DNA of 64,000 bases from the human T2T-CHM13v2.0 reference genome, Homo sapiens, in the NCBI RefSeq assembly GCF_009914755.1, contig NC_060935.1. One strand, given 5' to 3'. Below, piece by piece: positions 12,348-26,949 of this stretch. Under the pieces are notes generated by a model. The model was not told where the DNA came from. It saw only the letters and a program-made list of their open reading frames with translations, and did not search any database. Position 1 is the stretch's first letter. Every line of letters begins with the position of its first letter. The position numbers and the translations under genes are program-made.

Positions 12348-14178
12348 GTGAGTGTCATTCATTACCTCTCGCAAAGGCTCAGGAGAGTTTGCTTACATGG
12401 GTTAAAATTGAGCCCAGCGAACCTGAGTTGTTTTCAGCATGCAACTAGAATTACCCAAGGGGAAGAAAACATAGCATTGCTCTTTACTGGACATGTAGAC
12501 CTTCAGGTACTTGGATGTCTGGTGTCTTGTGTTCGTGCAAAGCTGCTTGGCCTATGAGAGTCTATACTCCTTTCAGATATTCATTATACTTCAAAAAGAC
12601 AAGTCTCATAGATTCGCAGACAAGCCACATGGACAAAGCAGGCAAATGTATCTTGCTTTTACCCCCATATTCATAAGGCAGTCCAGAGAAATTTTCTTCT
12701 TTGAGGTGGCAACTTGCATCCCTTGACCATGCTGGCCTACAGAGCCACAGTGAACTTTCCCTGGGAGTGGAGGGGTTTAGGGGCTGTTTTGATTGTTTTG
12801 CTATTTGGAGTTCTTGCCACCTTTAGCATCTCCTGTCAGTAGCATGTCCTTTATTTACATAGTGGGAATGGCTGTGCTTCCATAACCATAGGGAAAGCGG
12901 TCTCTTTGGGGATGTTTTATATGTAGGATATTTGACATTCCAAGGGTATGGGGGCTAGGAAATGAGAAATTGAGCTTTGTTCACTTAAATACTTAAAATG
13001 GACACAGGTTAGCTCAAGGAGAAACACAAAGGAGCTGGTGTGATTTTTTTTTTTTTAATCTCCAGAGAGCTTGCCCATACTGGGATTGTAAAAATACATT
13101 CAAAAAGTGCTGCACTCCTCCTGGAATGTCTGGCTGGTAACAGTGGTGATGAGGGCAGGAGTATTTATAGTAACCTTTGTCTAGACAGGAAAAATGGTTA
13201 TCAGCACGTGTGTCCACATCTGGATGCTGACTCTTGAGGTCAGGGGAGCTTTCCACCTGCACCTCCGGGTACCACGATGACTTCTCTTCCTCTCCTCTTG
13301 CTGCTTTTCTCATTTATCCCCAGAGGTGTTTGGAATATCGAATTCCTTTATTTCTTTTTCTGAACTTTCCTTTTCTCTAGCTTTAAAGATTAGTTTTTGG
13401 TTTTTTTAAAAAATCTTTTTCCTCCTTCTTAAGAGGCAAAATCTGGGAGAAACAGAATGTTAGGTAGTTAAGGTCTCTGTATTTTGGTTTACCTATTGCA
13501 GCTGTTTTTTCTGTGGTACATCTCTCCTTTTCCCAAGTATTCCCCACATTGAGGGGGTTTGAGGGAGTGAATGAGGAAGAAATTTTTCATTAGATTTTTT
13601 TTATAGAACATATTAGTCTTAATATCTTTTCAAAGGCATTGAATTCATGAAATGAGTATCTTCTATATAAAAAGCACACTGTTAGATGCTATGGGGGGTA
13701 GAAACATGAAAAGAGATTTGATACCTTCCCTTTAGGGGGTCTTGTAGAAAGCCTGAAATTCCCAGACAAAATAATTCCATTACAAGGTAGGCTGAGGTAA
13801 GTACTGTAAGAGATGTCAGACAGTGTGCCGTGGTGTGTTTACATAGTACACTAGGGCCTAAAGAGACCCATTTGCAGGAAGTCACGTTGTTAGCTGTCTA
13901 AGGGAAGACTTTGACATTGACCTTGAACATTTTCAGAAGGCCAACAGTGGTGGCATTGAAGCAATACTGAAGAGTAGAAATATTAATACAAAACATTGCA
14001 GCCATTTAAACTTTTCAAGTTTTACAGGTGTGAGCTGTTGTCTTTTGGCATTTTTGTGTCAAGATGCCTCAGTATTGCTTGGCGTCAACCCTTGTAGAAA
14101 CTTTGTGGTCTGTAGGGATCAAAGTTAGTGGATCAGCAAAACTAGTTTGTAATCTCTTGCCTCTTTGTGTTCCTGCAG

Positions 14179-14318
14179 GAGGCTACTTTCTGTGTGGTTC
14201 TTCGTGGAGCTCGGCTGGGCCAGGCAGTATTGAGCGATGTGTTACAAGCTGGCTGTGTCCCGGTTGTCATTGCAGACTCCTATATTTTGCCTTTCTCTGA
14301 AGTTCTTGACTGGAAGAG
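14179..14318 (+). CDS. EXT2: EXT2 coding exon (exon 6), 140 nt
   Basis: Acceptor tgtgttcctgcag| and donor GAG|gtgggt. Translates [46 protein letters not shown](R), the typical GT47 'FC...GCVPV...LPF...DW' motif. Confidence 0.97.
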
Positions 14319-14469
14319 GTGGGTAGTACCTCCTAGTAAACTCTACATTAGTGGTTCTGCGTATATTACAAATAAAATCTCCTCAGGTCATTGTAATGTA
14401 TACCCTGGTTCAAGAACTACTACAGATAGTTTTTCTCTATTTTCCATTAGGAGAGTTAGTACACTGGTC

Positions 14470-15155
14470 TAGAGCAGTTCACAAACCAAGGCCAGTTTGC
14501 AGGCTGGCTGTTTTTGTAAGTCAAGTTTTATTGAAACACAGCCGTGTCCCTTCCTTTACGTATAGTCTGGCTGTTATTGTGTCACATTGGTAGAGTTAAG
14601 TAATTGCAACAGAAATTGGATGACATACAGGGCTTAAAATATCACTATCTGGCCTTTCATCACAGGGGTCCCCAACTCCCGGGCTGTGGCCTGTTTGGAG
14701 CCGGGCTGCACAGCAGGAGGTGACCAGCGGGCCAGTGAACATTACCATCTGAGCCTCGCCTCCTGTCAGATCAGTGGTGGCATTAAATTATCATAGAAGC
14801 GTGGACCCTACTGTGAATTGTGCATACAAGGGATCTAGGTTGCGCTCTCCTTATGAGAATTTAACTAATGCCTGATGATCTGAGGTGGAACAGTTTCATC
14901 CCCAAACGATTCCCTGCCAAACCCAGTCTGTGGAAAAATTGTCTTCCACAAAACCAGTCCTTGGTGCTGAAAAGGTTGGGGACTGTTGCTTTTCAGAAAA
15001 TGGTTACCAACCTCTAGCCTAGACCGGTGTTCAACTCTGACTACAGAGTAGACTCACCTGGAGAGCTTAAAAAAAATGCCTTGCCTAATTCTTGGGGATT
15101 CTGAATGTTAAAGCTCCCAGGTGATTCTGATTTGTAGTCAGAGTTGAGAACCAGA
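14470..15155. mobile_element. Cluster of hAT-Charlie MITEs: MER58-like interrupted by MER1-like (14663-14990), followed by MER5-like (15022-15155)
   Basis: caggggtccccaac...aaaggttggggactg TIRs; gttttattgaaacacagcc...tatctggcccttt-type text; ccaggtgattctga...gttgagaacca. Confidence 0.7.
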
Positions 15156-15494
15156 GTTGGTCTAGAGTCTATTGAATTTGCATAATGTTGTAGATGGTGG
15201 TGGAGAGCCTCATGTAGATGAAAGCTTAGAGACATTCCCAGTGTACAGATGGACCCAGTTCCATTCTACTGGGTGTTCACCATTTATATTGCAATAAACA
15301 GAATAGCCCTCTATTCTCATGCTTCACTTTCCCAAGATTTTGCAGGGTGAAGGTTGTTGAAAATTAATTCCATTCATATCTATCTCTCAGTCTTTTCCTT
15401 GCCTCAAATGCTTACTGGTTTTTTCCTCTCCCAACTTTTTTGGTATTTCTGTCCAAATCTGATCACCACAGGTATTTGAACAACTTGAAAAGCT

Positions 15495-16992
15495 CTAGTT
15501 CATTCATTCATTCATTTATTCATTCATCTCACATTGATTGGAAACCCTCTTGTGAGTAACATAGAGTCTCTGTTTCCAAGGAGGCTAGAATCTAGTGAGA
15601 GAAGACAAACCGATGATAATGTTTTGTGGTAAATGTCATAGCAGCTGTATGCACAGGGGACCATGGAAACCCAAAAGAGAGGAGGGAGCCTAACTCAGCT
15701 TGAAAGAGGAGAGCATGTAGTTATTCTTCATGCCTTAGAGAAGCGATGAGCCACTTCCAGCATTTATCTCCCAATGAAAGCATCCATTAAGTACCTTTTA
15801 TTTACCAGATGCTGTCTTAAGTATAGGGAGACAAATACAATCAAGGCCAAACCTTTTCTCAGGGACACTCATAGTGTAGTGGTGGAAGACAGAGGAGTAA
15901 ATCAGCAGTTACCAAATCCTGTGATGAGACAGCTGTGACTGGATGGGATGCCAGGAGGAGGGGGAGACACACACCATCATTGGCAGTGGGATTGGTGAGG
16001 GCTTCACAGAGGCGGTAACTCTAAGCTGAGTCCAAAAGGGTATTTCTATGAGAATCTAGATCTGCTTGGGTAGTGCTAATTATGGATTTAAAGTCAGAAG
16101 GCCTAGGTTGAGATAACCAGCTCTCTCACTGGCTGGCTTTTTGATCTTGGCAAATGACTTAATCTTTTTTGAGTCTCAGTTCTCCCATCTGTATAGTGGA
16201 AATCATTTACTTACTTAACAAATGTTTATCAAGTGCTAACTGTGCAAGGCAGTAATATACCAGGTGCTGAGGATACGCTGGTGAGTGGAGCCAGGCACAC
16301 TTTCCGTCCTAATGGACTAGCCTAGTTGGCAGAAGTGAGGTTTAGAGTTTAATCATTAATTTATACAAATGTAATTACAAACTCTGCTAAATGTCGTGAA
16401 GGAAAAGTGATTGTTGAGTCCTCTCTTTCTCTTACCCACCACATCTAATCTGTTAGCAAACCCTGTGGGCTCTACCCTCTCATCCCCATCATCAAGTCTT
16501 CCCTCATCTGCATCTCTTGCCTGGCTTTTGCAGTGTTCTCCAGTTGTTCTCTCTGCTCCTGTCCTTGCTTTCCTGTAGTTTATTCTAACACTTTAGATAG
16601 AATGATCCTGTTGGAACATGGTTAGGTTATATCATGCTTTTGCCCAAAACCCTCTCATGGCTTGCCATCTCAGAAAAAAAGCACAAGTCTTTCAGTGGCC
16701 TACAAGGTCCTATACTCTTTGCTGTGACTCTGTCTGTCCCATTTCTTCTTTCCTGGTGTTATTCTCTGCCTTCTTTACTCTGCTCCAGCCACAATAGCCT
16801 CCTTGCTGTTCCTGGAACTTGCCCACCATACTGCTTCTTCAGGGCTGTTTGCTTGTTAGACTTTTTGCCTGGAATGCTGTTTCCCAGGCATTCTTCTGGC
16901 CTGCTTACTCTCTTGCCTTCCTTGTCTAATTAATTCACTGTTGGGTTAGCACATAATAGGGCTTCCATAAATATATGCCAGATAAATGAATA
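15495..16992. mobile_element. L2 and MIR fragments
   Basis: (TTCA)n L2 tail, 'aacaaatgtttatcaagtgc', MIR core 'tctcagttctcccatctgta' near 16175, and 'tgctccagccaca...cctggaatgc'. Confidence 0.6.
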
Positions 16993-17333
16993 GATTTGCA
17001 TAGATAGCTAAAGGAGAAAAGTATTTGTTAACTTAGAAATGGAATAAAGGAAGAGTGTACTAGGTGGGTGGGATTTCACATGCAAAGGCCCTCTGGTAGG
17101 GCAGAGCATGGTGTGTTCAAGTGACTGAAATAATACCAGTGTGGCTAGAGCACACTAGTGGAGTGGAGGCAGGGTGAAAGATTAATGGAGTAGGGAGTGG
17201 GAGGTAAAAAAATGGAGCTGTAAGAGAACTCCTTTGAGAAGTTCAGCCAGTGAAGAAGGGAGGGGAAAGAGACAATACTTACCGGAAGGGATGTGGGGCT
17301 GAAGGAGGTTTGGGATGTTGTTTCTGCTTGTGA

Positions 17334-17528
<195 letters not shown>

Positions 17529-19109
17529 TGACATGGGTGGTACCGAAATGGTGGCCTTGACTGGATACAGAGGGACAGGAGCTGAATGCCTGAGTGGGGT
17601 TTACTTCCTCCACTAGATCAACTAGCCAAACTGAAACGATAGGAAATTAATGTTAGGTGAGTTGCATCAAATAAGGTTTGAAATAATAACTCTCAGAGAA
17701 CTGTGCAGAGGTAAGCCTACTGCAATTTTAGGGTCTTACCATAGCAGATGCAAAGCTGAAGCTCTTTGGAGGGTTTGTAGTCACAGCAGGTGATAGTCGT
17801 AGTGACTAAGACAGCCATGGAAGCTGGACCATTTCAGGGCAATACTTCTGTGTAGCTATTGACCATGATACTATTGCTGCACAAACTAGCCCAGCTTCCC
17901 AGTTCAGTCATCCTTTGTAATTCGGGAATCCTTCCCTCTCTTCTGGAACATTTGCCATTTTCCTGCCTCTCTTTCCAAATTTCTCTTCTACCTTCTGACA
18001 CCCCATTCCCTAGGCTGATCTCTGACTGTCTCATACTCCACTTGATGTCCCACTGAGTCCTGCTTCCGTTTCTTTGTCCTGAAGGACATTTAATTGGGTT
18101 TAAATATCAAGCAAGGTGAAAAAGTTAAGAAGACTATCCCAAAAATTTTTAATGGACTTTTAAAAAGGTTTAATCTTTGTCAAAATCACCGATGTGGGAG
18201 AAGAGCAGGAAAAGAGGCTTGGCGGATTCTCAGCAGTACGTGCGTAAGTGTCCCATGCCACCCCCTGCTGTTAGTTCGGCACCCTCAGCCTCAGGCAGAG
18301 AGCCTGCATTTGGCCATGTCCCAAGAACAGGCCACAGGCTTCTGTCTGGATGGGGACAGCGCATCTGCCTGGCTGTGTGGGGAGGGGATCTGAGGTTCTG
18401 ACTGTTACTTAAAGTTTCACTTTGACCTCCTGCTTGAACCCCACTCTTCCCCTGACTTGGGGCTCTGCAGTGTGACTCAGGTTTTTCTCAGCTGATTTAG
18501 GAGGCAGCTCTCTTGAGTCTATAGCATCAGTTACCACTTCTTCCTTTACTTTTCAGCTTCCACATTCTGATGCTGTTATCTTGTCTTTCATTCTCTTTTT
18601 CTTAGGGGATACATACCTTAATTTAGAAAATTCCCCTTAATTGTCATTTTAGAGTTTTAGGAGAGTGAGGTTAGTGGATGTGTTCAGTCCACCCTCTTTA
18701 TTATGATAGTGAACTTCTTATCGACACAGATTAAGTCTGTAGGTTCTTACCTCAGATTGCCTGGCTTGGGTATCAGCTCTGTGGGTTACAAACTCTGTAC
18801 CCTTAGGTAAGGATCTGCCTTCTCTGGGCCTCAGTGACCTCATCTGTGCAATATTTTGGCATTCTGGTTTGAACGCAAATCGCAGGTTAGTTTTAGCTTC
18901 CCTGCAGTTTATTTATAGCATCCTCCTGTTCGTTTTAAGTTTCTGGGTTTCCCAATTGTTATTTAACCACTGATTTCATCTAAGTTTTAGTGAATCAGAA
19001 AATCAGTCCAGAGATCTCTAGATTTTTTATCTAAACCTGTGGTTCCTAAAACTTGTGTAGAAGAAAATGCCCCTTGAGGAGTCATAATGTTTGTGCATTT
19101 TGTGTTACC

Positions 19110-19401
<292 letters not shown>

Positions 19402-19784
19402 CACTTTGTGTTACTTTTTATGGAATCTTGATTTATTAGTAAAACTAAATATAGAATTATAGGCTAAAGCAGAGACTATTTTATACTAGAATCTAGTCTA
19501 GAAAGGGTAAGAAAAAACTGGGGAGGTTAAAATGCACAAATTCTGTCCAGTTTCTTCTCCACCCCTCCACCCTGAAGCTGTGAAAGAGAATCATTTGGTT
19601 TTTGGAGTGGCGTCTACTGCCAGCTCACAGAGGACTGTTGCCCATAGGAGGGTGGTGTGGGAACCACAGGTCTGAGATAAGCTTGGTCATTTTCAGTGTT
19701 GGCTCAGAATCATAGAACAGTTGAGAAGGAATGAATGCTGGTCATTTAAAACAGCGTACTTTTGGGTTATTTGGGTTCAAAGAG

Positions 19785-19930
19785 ACACACTGAGTCAAAA
19801 GACTTGGGTTTGATCCCTGGCTCTGTCCGTTTGATTGCATGACCATGGTAAGTCCCCAAGCTCCCTAGGCTTCCATTTCCTCATTTATGAAATGAAGGGG
19901 TTGGCTAAATAATCTCTCATGTTCCATGTG
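19785..19930 (+). mobile_element. MIR
   Basis: gacttgggtttgatccctggctctg...tgacc...tttcctcatttatgaaatgaagggg. Confidence 0.65.
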
Positions 19931-20370
19931 GCTGTTAAAAAACTCTATGAAATGCTTATCCCTACCAAGAACATTACTCTCCTTGACAACATTAATAATT
20001 TAGTGGTCATCTCTTCTCCCCTTGAACAGCTCTAGTCACAAGGGCCACTTGCCTCCTCTAGTGGTGAACAGTCCACTATGCCAGCTTAAAAAGAAAGGTG
20101 GTCTTGGCACTTTCCCGGCCCCCTTTCTAACTCCCTTTTCCGCTTTCTGACGGCCTCTTTCCCTGTGCTGCTTTCGGACCATCTAAAGCTCTCCACTGCG
20201 GCAACTCACTAGTCCCACTCCCCTTTCTCTGAGTAATCCATGTTCCCAAAATGACCTCTTTTCTTTTCCTAACCCCACATTTCTAGAGTGGGCTGATCTC
20301 AATTAGATATGAGATTATCTGGTTAAAGTAATTTCCAGTTAGGTATAAAGGATGACTAGGTTTCTTCAAC

Positions 20371-20504
20371 TACTACTAGATTCCAATAGCACCCCTCCCC
20401 TCAGTTGTGATCACCAAAAATGTCTCTAGAACATTGCTTGCCAATTGTCCCCTTTGGGGTTGGGGGTGGAGGGCAAGCAAAATTGCTTTAACTGAGAACC
20501 ACTG
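20371..20504 (-). mobile_element. MER20 fragment
   Basis: cagttgtgatcaccaaaaatgtctc...tgtcccct...tgagaaccactg. Confidence 0.7.
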
Positions 20505-22083
20505 TTCTCTATAGATAGTTAATGTCTCATCTCTCTAAAATTAGAGTTCTTTGGTTCTATAACAAAATATACTGTTTCCAAAACATTCTTGTCATTTTGC
20601 TTTCTGTTTACCTTCTATTGATTTAACCTGACCTTGGCAGGAGTAATTAAAAAAATGGTAAAACACCTGATTCTGAAAAGTTCTTATACCTTAGTGAATT
20701 CTCTTTAGGGAGGTCAGAGGTGGGTCTTTTTGCAAGACAGGCATCCACTTTTAGGGGAAAGCCTATTGTATCAGTAGTTGATACCTTGGAGCCCCTAGAT
20801 GATGTATCAGAATGAACTGAGGGTGAGGAACAGAGTCTGATTTGCTTGCTGAGAAACTCCAGACTAGCTTAATGGAGCTGCATTGGACAGTTGTAGCCAG
20901 CAGAGGTCTCCATCCACTTTTAATTAACTCATTTTCCCTCTGAGTATTTAAATCTTTCCAAGAAATCCTAAATGCCATGAGCCACTCTGGTGCTTCACAC
21001 TGACATCTTCCTGATAGCTGCTCTCTAGAGACCATTTCTTTCAGATGAAGAAGAAGAAAGAAAATCCTGCTTAGCACAGGATTTTACTCTCCCTAGATGC
21101 AATAGAGCTAAAGTTTCTGATTTGGCCCCAGAAATGTGGGGTAGGGTCTTGGTGAGGAAGGTATTGGAGCAACATTTTGCAGCTTAGAGTTTAGGATCAG
21201 AAAGGCTACAATCTGACAGATGTCTAAAGTGGTGAAAGTCCTTGTTGTGACGGGAATTTGTGTGTACCAAGGGAGAAAGTCATACTACCTGACAAAGAAA
21301 GGAAATTAAATTCCCTTAGATGTGATAGTAGCAGCCAAAAAGTTAACTACAAGGCTAGAGCCTAATGTAAGTAACAGCTATAGTTAGACTAAGACTTTTG
21401 AAAAAAAGTACAACCTGTGTCTCTGGTATCTATTCCTGAAGGCCACCAGTGAGCAGTGCTGCCACATGTGGCATTGGGCAGACTACTGGGGGCTTATAGG
21501 GCTTTTTGTGGGGAAGTTAAAAAACAGTTCCTTAAGTCAGTAGAAGACAGTAGTTGTAACAGTATAAAGCTGACTTCTCAGTTGGCCTTTTATTGTCCTG
21601 TGAGCTAATGATTAACTAGTTAATTTATTGAATCCCTAATGTTTTTTGGTGGGGGGAGAGATTATAGGAGATAATAAAAAAAATCTTTGATCCCCATTCA
21701 CAAAGGGCTTGTGTTGGGGATATATGGGTATAAGCATAAAGAAAGTTGAGAAGATGATGCCGATATTTCTAGGTACATTATGGGTCATTAAGGGTCTGAA
21801 ATGGAAGGGAGAAAGTTGGGGCTAAAGCTGTCAGGATGAATTTCTTGGAGATGTAGAATCTGAGGTAGGCCTTGAGATGGGAGTTCCATCAGCCATCTTT
21901 CTTATGTTGGAAGGCAGGCAGAAGTATGCAGCTAAATATTTTTCTGTAGTCAAATGGAACATTCATATTCCCAGTCTCCCCTGAATCACAAAGAAAAAGT
22001 ACACAATCTGGGATCTCAGAAGGCTGGATAGACACTAGACTGTATCGTTAGAAATGTTTGTATGGATAGGGAGGAAGGTGTAA

Positions 22084-22260
22084 ATGGATCCCCAGTTTAT
22101 CTGTTGAGTAGAATTTCCAAACATTCTTTTATTGGTCAGTGGCTCCACCAGCAGTGACCTCTAACCTCAGCCACACTAGGAGGTGGAAGTCAGGAGCCTG
22201 ACTTGCCTTTGAACTCTTCTTTGTACTCAATTGACTAGAAGCCTTTGAGGTGGCAGAAAC
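22084..22260. repeat. Copy A of a paralogous intronic module (partner at 31741-31910)
   Basis: Shares exact 20-mer TTTTATTGGTCAGTGGCTCC and exact 15-mer CTTGCCTTTGAACTC at identical spacing with copy B. Confidence 0.85.
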
Positions 22261-22727
22261 ATTCAGCATCTTCTTTTCTCTCTAGCCTTTAACACTTGGG
22301 GTACATTAAAATACCAGTTTCTTTTCAGTCTATTACACTGATCCATCTCAATGTGCCTTCATATTTTTCTATTAAGCAAACCAAATATTGGTGCTGCAGA
22401 GAAGTACTTGAAGATGTAGTGGGCTGATTAGGAAAAAGACAAAACAATTTTATTTAAGAAAATAAAACCTCTAGACTATAGTTGGGCCTAGTAGTGATCA
22501 AGAAGAGAGTAGAAGAGGCTACAGAACAGTAAATGTGTGCATACACCGAAGTTCCTGTACTTTATAGGAGAGCCCCTATCAGGGGCCTCTTATTTTATCC
22601 TACTTGCATACAATTTCAACACATTTGAATTATTTGGTTTCCATAGCCGTAGTAGTTTGGAAGAGACACATTTAAAGTGAAGAAAGACTACTAACAGTGA
22701 AGGTATCTGAGATGGGTTATCTGCTAA

Positions 22728-23069
<342 letters not shown>

Positions 23070-24693
23070 TAATAAAAAAGAATGCTCAGCATATTGAATG
23101 TAAGGATAGCCAGCTTTTCAGGTTTCACTTTATCCTGGATATATCATTATAAGATGGCAGAATTCCTCAATTCAGAGAAGTACATCTTTATTTTTCGTAT
23201 TTGGAATTTCTGACATCCAAATAAGTCTTATCATCAATTTGAACATCAAATGTAGTTTCTGTTTCTTCCCACAAAACTGTTATTAATGTGGCATCTTAAA
23301 ATTGAGGAAATACAGAAATTACTATTCATGGTGATGCCCCTGAATCTTTAAGCTAAGTTTAATTTTGTTTAGCATATATGTTTTTAAGATATTGGATCTT
23401 GTGTAATATGTTTTATAAAGTTTTCTGTTTAAGATGTTTGTTTTTATTTTTAAAAAGTGTTATTTGCTTAAAAGTGTAAACCCTCAGATGTCTAGAAACC
23501 TTAGCAACCCAGACTGATGTACTGAGGGTTCCCTGTGCTGCTGGCCAGTCTGTTATGTCCATGACAGTTACATAGCTGTCTGTGTCAATTTCTCCCTCCT
23601 TTCCCACCCCCAGTGTACACCAGTTTACAAAGCAGACTCAACAGAGTAGTAAGCTAGGCCATTAGAAGAGTAATCTGAATTTTTTTATGTGAAGAAACTA
23701 AGGATAAAGAGACGTAAAGTAATCCTCCCAAGACCACACAGCATGTGAGGGACAGACAAGCAGCACACTCTGTTCTGCTGCCTACAACTTCATTCAAACC
23801 ACAGAGCTGTGTGGCCTGGATTGAGGGTAAAAATCAGGATGAGCTTCCTAACAATTCAAGCTAAGTGCTTATTGAATAGTCTTCCTTGAAAAAGTGGTTG
23901 CTTGAGACATTTAGGACTGGACACAGCCCTGGAAATATATTATGAGGAATGTGGAAAAGGTTTCACTCTAATTTCCAGTATCAGTGTTATAATGTCTACC
24001 ATTCTTATCCACCCTGCACCGCCACTGTGAAATTGAGGATTTTAAGAAGTATACATAAACTGGACTCTTGGGGCTTTTTAAAAAATGCCAAATATTCCCT
24101 GCCCCTCCTCCTCCCCTCTCCAGTCCTGACATGCCACTCCAAGCTGTGTTTCGTGGTCTCTGCTTTTGTACTTGCCCTTAAACAGTTACTGGCTGCTTCC
24201 CTTAAACAGTGCACATTGACCTGATCCCTGGAGTTCTTCCTGTGAAGTAGACAACCATGGTTCTAATACAAAGGGAGGCTCTTTGGCCAATGGGAGAGCC
24301 TTGGTAATGGGTGTAATCATTTTGTGGGATATTTTAAATTTCACAGTTTTTTTTTTTCAGTAGCACTCTATATTCTGTTTGAATTTTCCTAGTATGTATA
24401 TCCCTATTGTGAAGGAAAGTGGTCAACATGTGTTGTTTAAAGCAGCATAAAATAAGGTCTCATTTAATTGGAATTCTTAAAGAAGACCATTTTTATGTGT
24501 TTAACTATTTTTTTCAACTTTGTTATTAAGAAGCTTGTTGGAAAAAGACTTTTACCAAGTATCTGATGATGGGAAGCCAAGAAAAGCATTTTAATAGAAC
24601 TGTCTCAGATTTACAATGCACTAGGGCCTGTAAATAAATTTTCCTGTCTTTAAGGTTTGGACTGATTTGCAGTTGTTTTGTATAGCTTCTGAG

Positions 24694-25163
24694 ATCTAAA
24701 TCCTCACAGTCCAGATGGAGAGACCATAAAGTTACTTTCCCTGGCAGCCTTGGTCTGTCTTGTCTGTGGGCAAATACAATTGAGTAGTATGTGGATCTTA
24801 GTCTGTATAGGTCACCCGTTTTACTGTGATGCCAGTTTTAATTGGTTTGGTGACTTTTCCAAGAGCAGCTCACCAAAGCATTCTTTAAATTTAGGAGAAT
24901 TAGGGTCCCTAATTTCATAATGCAAATCTAAATTCTCACAGTCTAGATGGAGAGACCATAAAGCTACTTTCCCTGGTAGCCTTGGTCTGTCTTGTCTGTA
25001 GGCAAATACAGTTGAGTAGTATGTGGAATTTAGACTGTGTAGTATAGTCACTCATCTTATTGTGATACCAGTTTTAATTGGTTTGGTGACTTTTCTAAGA
25101 GTAGCTCACCTAAGCATTCTTTAAATTTAGGAGAATTAGGGTCCTTAATTTCATAATGCAATC
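24694..25163. repeat. Diverged tandem duplication, ~232-237-bp unit
   Basis: 24694-24925 versus 24926-25163. Both start atctaaat.ctcacagtc.agatggagagaccataaag and end taatttcataatgcaa. Confidence 0.95.
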
Positions 25164-26949
25164 AGTTAAATAAATATGGATTAAGGACTTGCTTTGTTCC
25201 TAGTATTGTACTGGCATGTTGAGGGAGATTTTAAAAAGGGTGGGCACAGATCCTGTCTTTAAGAAAGGCCCTCAGGTTGCTGGAAAGAGAACTTTCAGTA
25301 ATACATAAATTATAAGGCCAGGAGTGCTGTGTACTCAGTTATGCTAAGGAGAGCCAGGAATGACCTCAAGATCAGAGTGGATCAGAAGGTGAAAGGAATC
25401 TTCACAACTGGGTAGCCTCAGATAGAGAGGGTGAACATCAGGGCACTGACTTCCACCAGGAGGTTCTGTGGAGAGACTAGTAGGTAAGAGGAGCATCTGG
25501 TGGCACAGGCACGGGAGGCAGGGGAGAGCTTTGAATACCAGCAACAGAGAACTTGGTTGAGAACTGAAGGGAAGGACGGTAACTAACAAGCGGAAGGTAA
25601 TGAAAAGATTTGTGAGGCAAGGAGAAAGCAGTGAACATAATTGAAGAGATTTAGGAAAGAAATCAAAGAGCTGGAAGGGACCTTAGAAATTATTCAACCC
25701 TTTCCTTGTATTTTACAAGTGACAAGTAAGCCCTAGAGTTGCAGTAATCTTGAGAATGAATTGTTAGGCCTAGTCTGCAGCTGGAACCTAGGTCTCCTGA
25801 CTCCCAGTCTGATGATTTGTTTTTTTTTCATGGTGTACTGCAGTATTTTCCAAACCGAAGGTAATGATTCATTAGCAGATCATGAAGTCAATTCAGTGGG
25901 TCACGACTGGCATTTTTTTTTTAATGAAATATAATAGGAAACTATTAGAGAGCTTTATACAGAGTAAGGGTAAATATTTCCTGTAGCTTTTGTTCCAGTA
26001 GTGAGTTGTTGCATAAAATGTATTTGTGTATTTCTTACTGTGGGTCCCAGTCCAGAAAGTTTGAGGAAAGTTGGTACTGGAAAGCCCAGTGGGCCTGTGA
26101 GTTGGAGAGACTTGAATTTGAGTCCTGCTCTGCCGGGTGTGTACCAGTTTTGTAGCTTCTGTTTTCTTACCTATAACGTGGAGCTAATAATAGTATGGAG
26201 TAGTTGTATTGATTAAATGAGATGATTGACTCAAAGCATGTAGATTCTGGCCCCCCACTCTATGCTGGCCGTCATTTGGGACAACTCCTCCTGGGGCAGC
26301 ATTTAAGTATTAGAAGGAGCCTCCAAGGAATGCAGAGTGGTCTTAAAGAACCACAGTAAGTTACAACTACTGATGTATTATGCATTTGCTTCTGGGCTTG
26401 GAAACTCGAAAGAGAATTTATTCCTGTGGGTTCTGGTGTACATTTTACATCTTGGCATGGAAGAGGCTTACTTCTCTCTCTCTCCTTTTTTTTTTTTTTT
26501 GCGTGTGTGTGTGAGGATCAGAATGACTTGTAGGGAGATAAAAATCAGTGACTCTTTAGCTGACCTTTTTTTTTTTTTAATTCATTGGCACATTTGGATA
26601 AAGTATTATTGCTTTCTTTCCCCTTTCCAATGGAAAAAAAAATGGTACTGAGCCTTTTCCCCCTTCTAATCTTTTCTTTGCCTGATCATAATTTTATCCA
26701 TTTTTTTAATTAAAAAAACTTGTAGAGGAAAGTTAGAATCAGAATAGATGTTTGAGTGGTAAACAGCTGAGGAGCTACAGTCTAGTAAGTATAAGCTAAA
26801 AATAAAGGACATTTTTATGTGAATTTAGGAGGACTGGTCACATACCTTTTAGAAATAGCTGTTCACATCCTGCAGAAAGGAGAATGAGTTCTGATATCTG
26901 ATTTTCATGGTGCCCTCTGCCTCTTCACTTTTCCTCTTCTCCCCATTTT

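Noticed and set aside
20041-20240. CTCF-like site and pyrimidine/CpG-rich stretch resembling a promoter or processed-pseudogene 5' end
   Set aside because: The motif mismatches core CTCF positions, and there is no downstream ORF, polyA or TSD. Cannot be supported from sequence alone.
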